Of a stretch of 64,000 nt of DNA, positions 63,301 to 64,000 are shown piece after piece (position 1 is the stretch's first letter; each line of letters begins with the position of its first letter). Where the stretch lies: positions 2,603-66,602 of the forward strand of contig NEEC01000195.1 in assembly GCA_002189035.1 (NCBI GenBank), in the 5' to 3' direction. Source of the stretch: Utricularia gibba (Eukaryota > Plantae > Magnoliophyta). Under the pieces are notes generated by a model, which had not been told where the DNA came from, ran no database searches, and saw only the letters and a program-made list of their open reading frames with translations. A program made the translations under genes and the position numbers.

Positions 63301-64000
63301 GAGAAGGCGGTCTTTGGGTGCACTTGGAACCGGAAAAAGATCAGCTTAGGCCTTGGCCCAAAGTAAGTTGTAGCCCGGCAAAGAAAGTGATGTTTTATTA
63401 ACGTTCGGTTTTCGGTTGCCTACATGGTTTTTCAAGGAACAGCTTCTCGTTTTGTGGCGGCCAGTCTCGCTAGGAACTTGGTCCGGGCCCGCGATTCTTT
63501 ATGGCTCATGAGGACAAAAGGATGCAAATCGATGAATACAATGTTGCATTTGTTTAAATTGCGATATCACGTGCACCCCACATGATTTTTTTCAACAACT
63601 TACTTTATACTTGAGCAGGCGGTCTTTGGGTGCACCTGGAACGGGACAAAGGTAAGGTTTGGCTTGCACCGAGAGTTAGTTGTAGTCCGGCAAATAAAGT
63701 GATGTATTTATTATCGTTCGGTTTTCGGGGGCTGCCTACATGGTTTTTCAAGGAACCGCTTCTCGTTTTGTGGCGGCCAGTCTCGCTGGGAACTTGGTCC
63801 TTGACCCCGATTCTGTATGGCTCATGAGGTCAACTGGATGCAAATCGATTAAAAAAAATGATCCATTTGTTTAAATTATGATGTCACGTGCACCCCACAT
63901 GATTTTTTCAACAACTTACTTTATACTTGAGAAGGCGGTCTTTGGGTGCACTTGGAACCGGGAAAAAGATCAGCTTAGGCCTTGGCCCAAAGTAAGTTGT
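57323..64000. repeat. Sub-array dominated by the B2-A1 dimer
   Basis: 9 of 11 B-type ends read ATCCATTTGTTTAAATTATGATGT. The exceptions end at about 61033 and 61655. Confidence 0.75.
62338..62652. repeat. Representative B2 monomer (B subtype that usually precedes A1)
   Basis: Differs from B1 at its 3' end: AATGATCCATTTGTTTAAATTATGATGT instead of AATGATGCATTTGTTTAAATTACGATGT. Confidence 0.85.

Larger units (their letters stand above)
1..64000. repeat. Tandem satellite DNA array of about 207 head-to-tail ~313-316-bp monomers, mostly as alternating A/B dimers (~627-630 bp); open at both window edges
   Basis: The anchor CACGTGCACCCCACATGATTTTT recurs from 139 to 63885 with a mean spacing of about 309 bp (manual count, 206 intervals). 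All copies are in the same orientation and no non-repeat sequence was seen anywhere. Confidence 0.99.

Noticed and set aside
153-63827. All six-frame ORFs (60-145 aa, recurring peptides such as VSCSPAKKVMYLLTFGFR and HGFSRN)
   Set aside because: They are the same repeat translated in shifting frames. They are short, end at stops fixed in every monomer, are joined only by sporadic indels and show no recognisable domain.
1-64000. CRISPR array
   Set aside because: There are no unique spacers; the sequence between conserved blocks is itself repeated in two fixed versions, and no cas genes are present.
1-64000. Rolling-circle concatemer of a viroid-like RNA or small circular DNA
   Set aside because: There is no hammerhead core (CTCATGAG is not CTGANGA and no GAAAC partner is present) and no evident rod-like self-complementarity. 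Several linked haplotypes changing along the array are not expected from copying one circle.
1-64000. Assignment to a named satellite such as the grass centromeric repeats CentC or CentO
   Set aside because: Only the subunit size and a few short words (TGCACCCC, GTTTTCGG, CATGATTTTT) are reminiscent. I cannot verify an extended collinear match without a database search.
1-64000. 5S rRNA, tRNA or tRNA-derived SINE tandem array
   Set aside because: GTTCGG is not a B box (GTTCRANNC), and I found no A/C boxes, cloverleaf or recognisable 5S sequence on either strand.

Overview
The whole 64 kb window is one uninterrupted head-to-tail tandem repeat (satellite-type DNA) that runs off both ends. I see no credible protein-coding gene, RNA gene, transposon or CRISPR array; every listed ORF is a recurring chance translation of the repeat. 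Counting the anchor CACGTGCAC by eye gives about 207 monomers with a mean period of about 309 bp, while clean copies are 313-317 bp and about 45% GC. The organisation is hierarchical. (1) Each monomer consists of two old, diverged ~157-bp halves. (2) Monomers are of two types, A and B (about 88% identical by hand alignment), which mostly alternate to give a ~627-630-bp higher-order repeat. (3) Two linked dimer haplotypes (B1-A2 and B2-A1) change in frequency along the array. (4) A recurrent A/B recombinant monomer after B2 breaks the alternation and suggests a 7-8-monomer (~2.2-2.5 kb) unit at 40.6-50 kb. Two discrete deletion junctions lie at about 31255 and 61955. Many mosaic monomers, especially in the first 21 kb, lose bases exactly at A/B-diagnostic sites, which looks like long-read consensus error, so single-copy variants are unreliable. 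I cannot assign the repeat to a named family or organism, and centromeric function is only an inference. All counts and identities are manual estimates.
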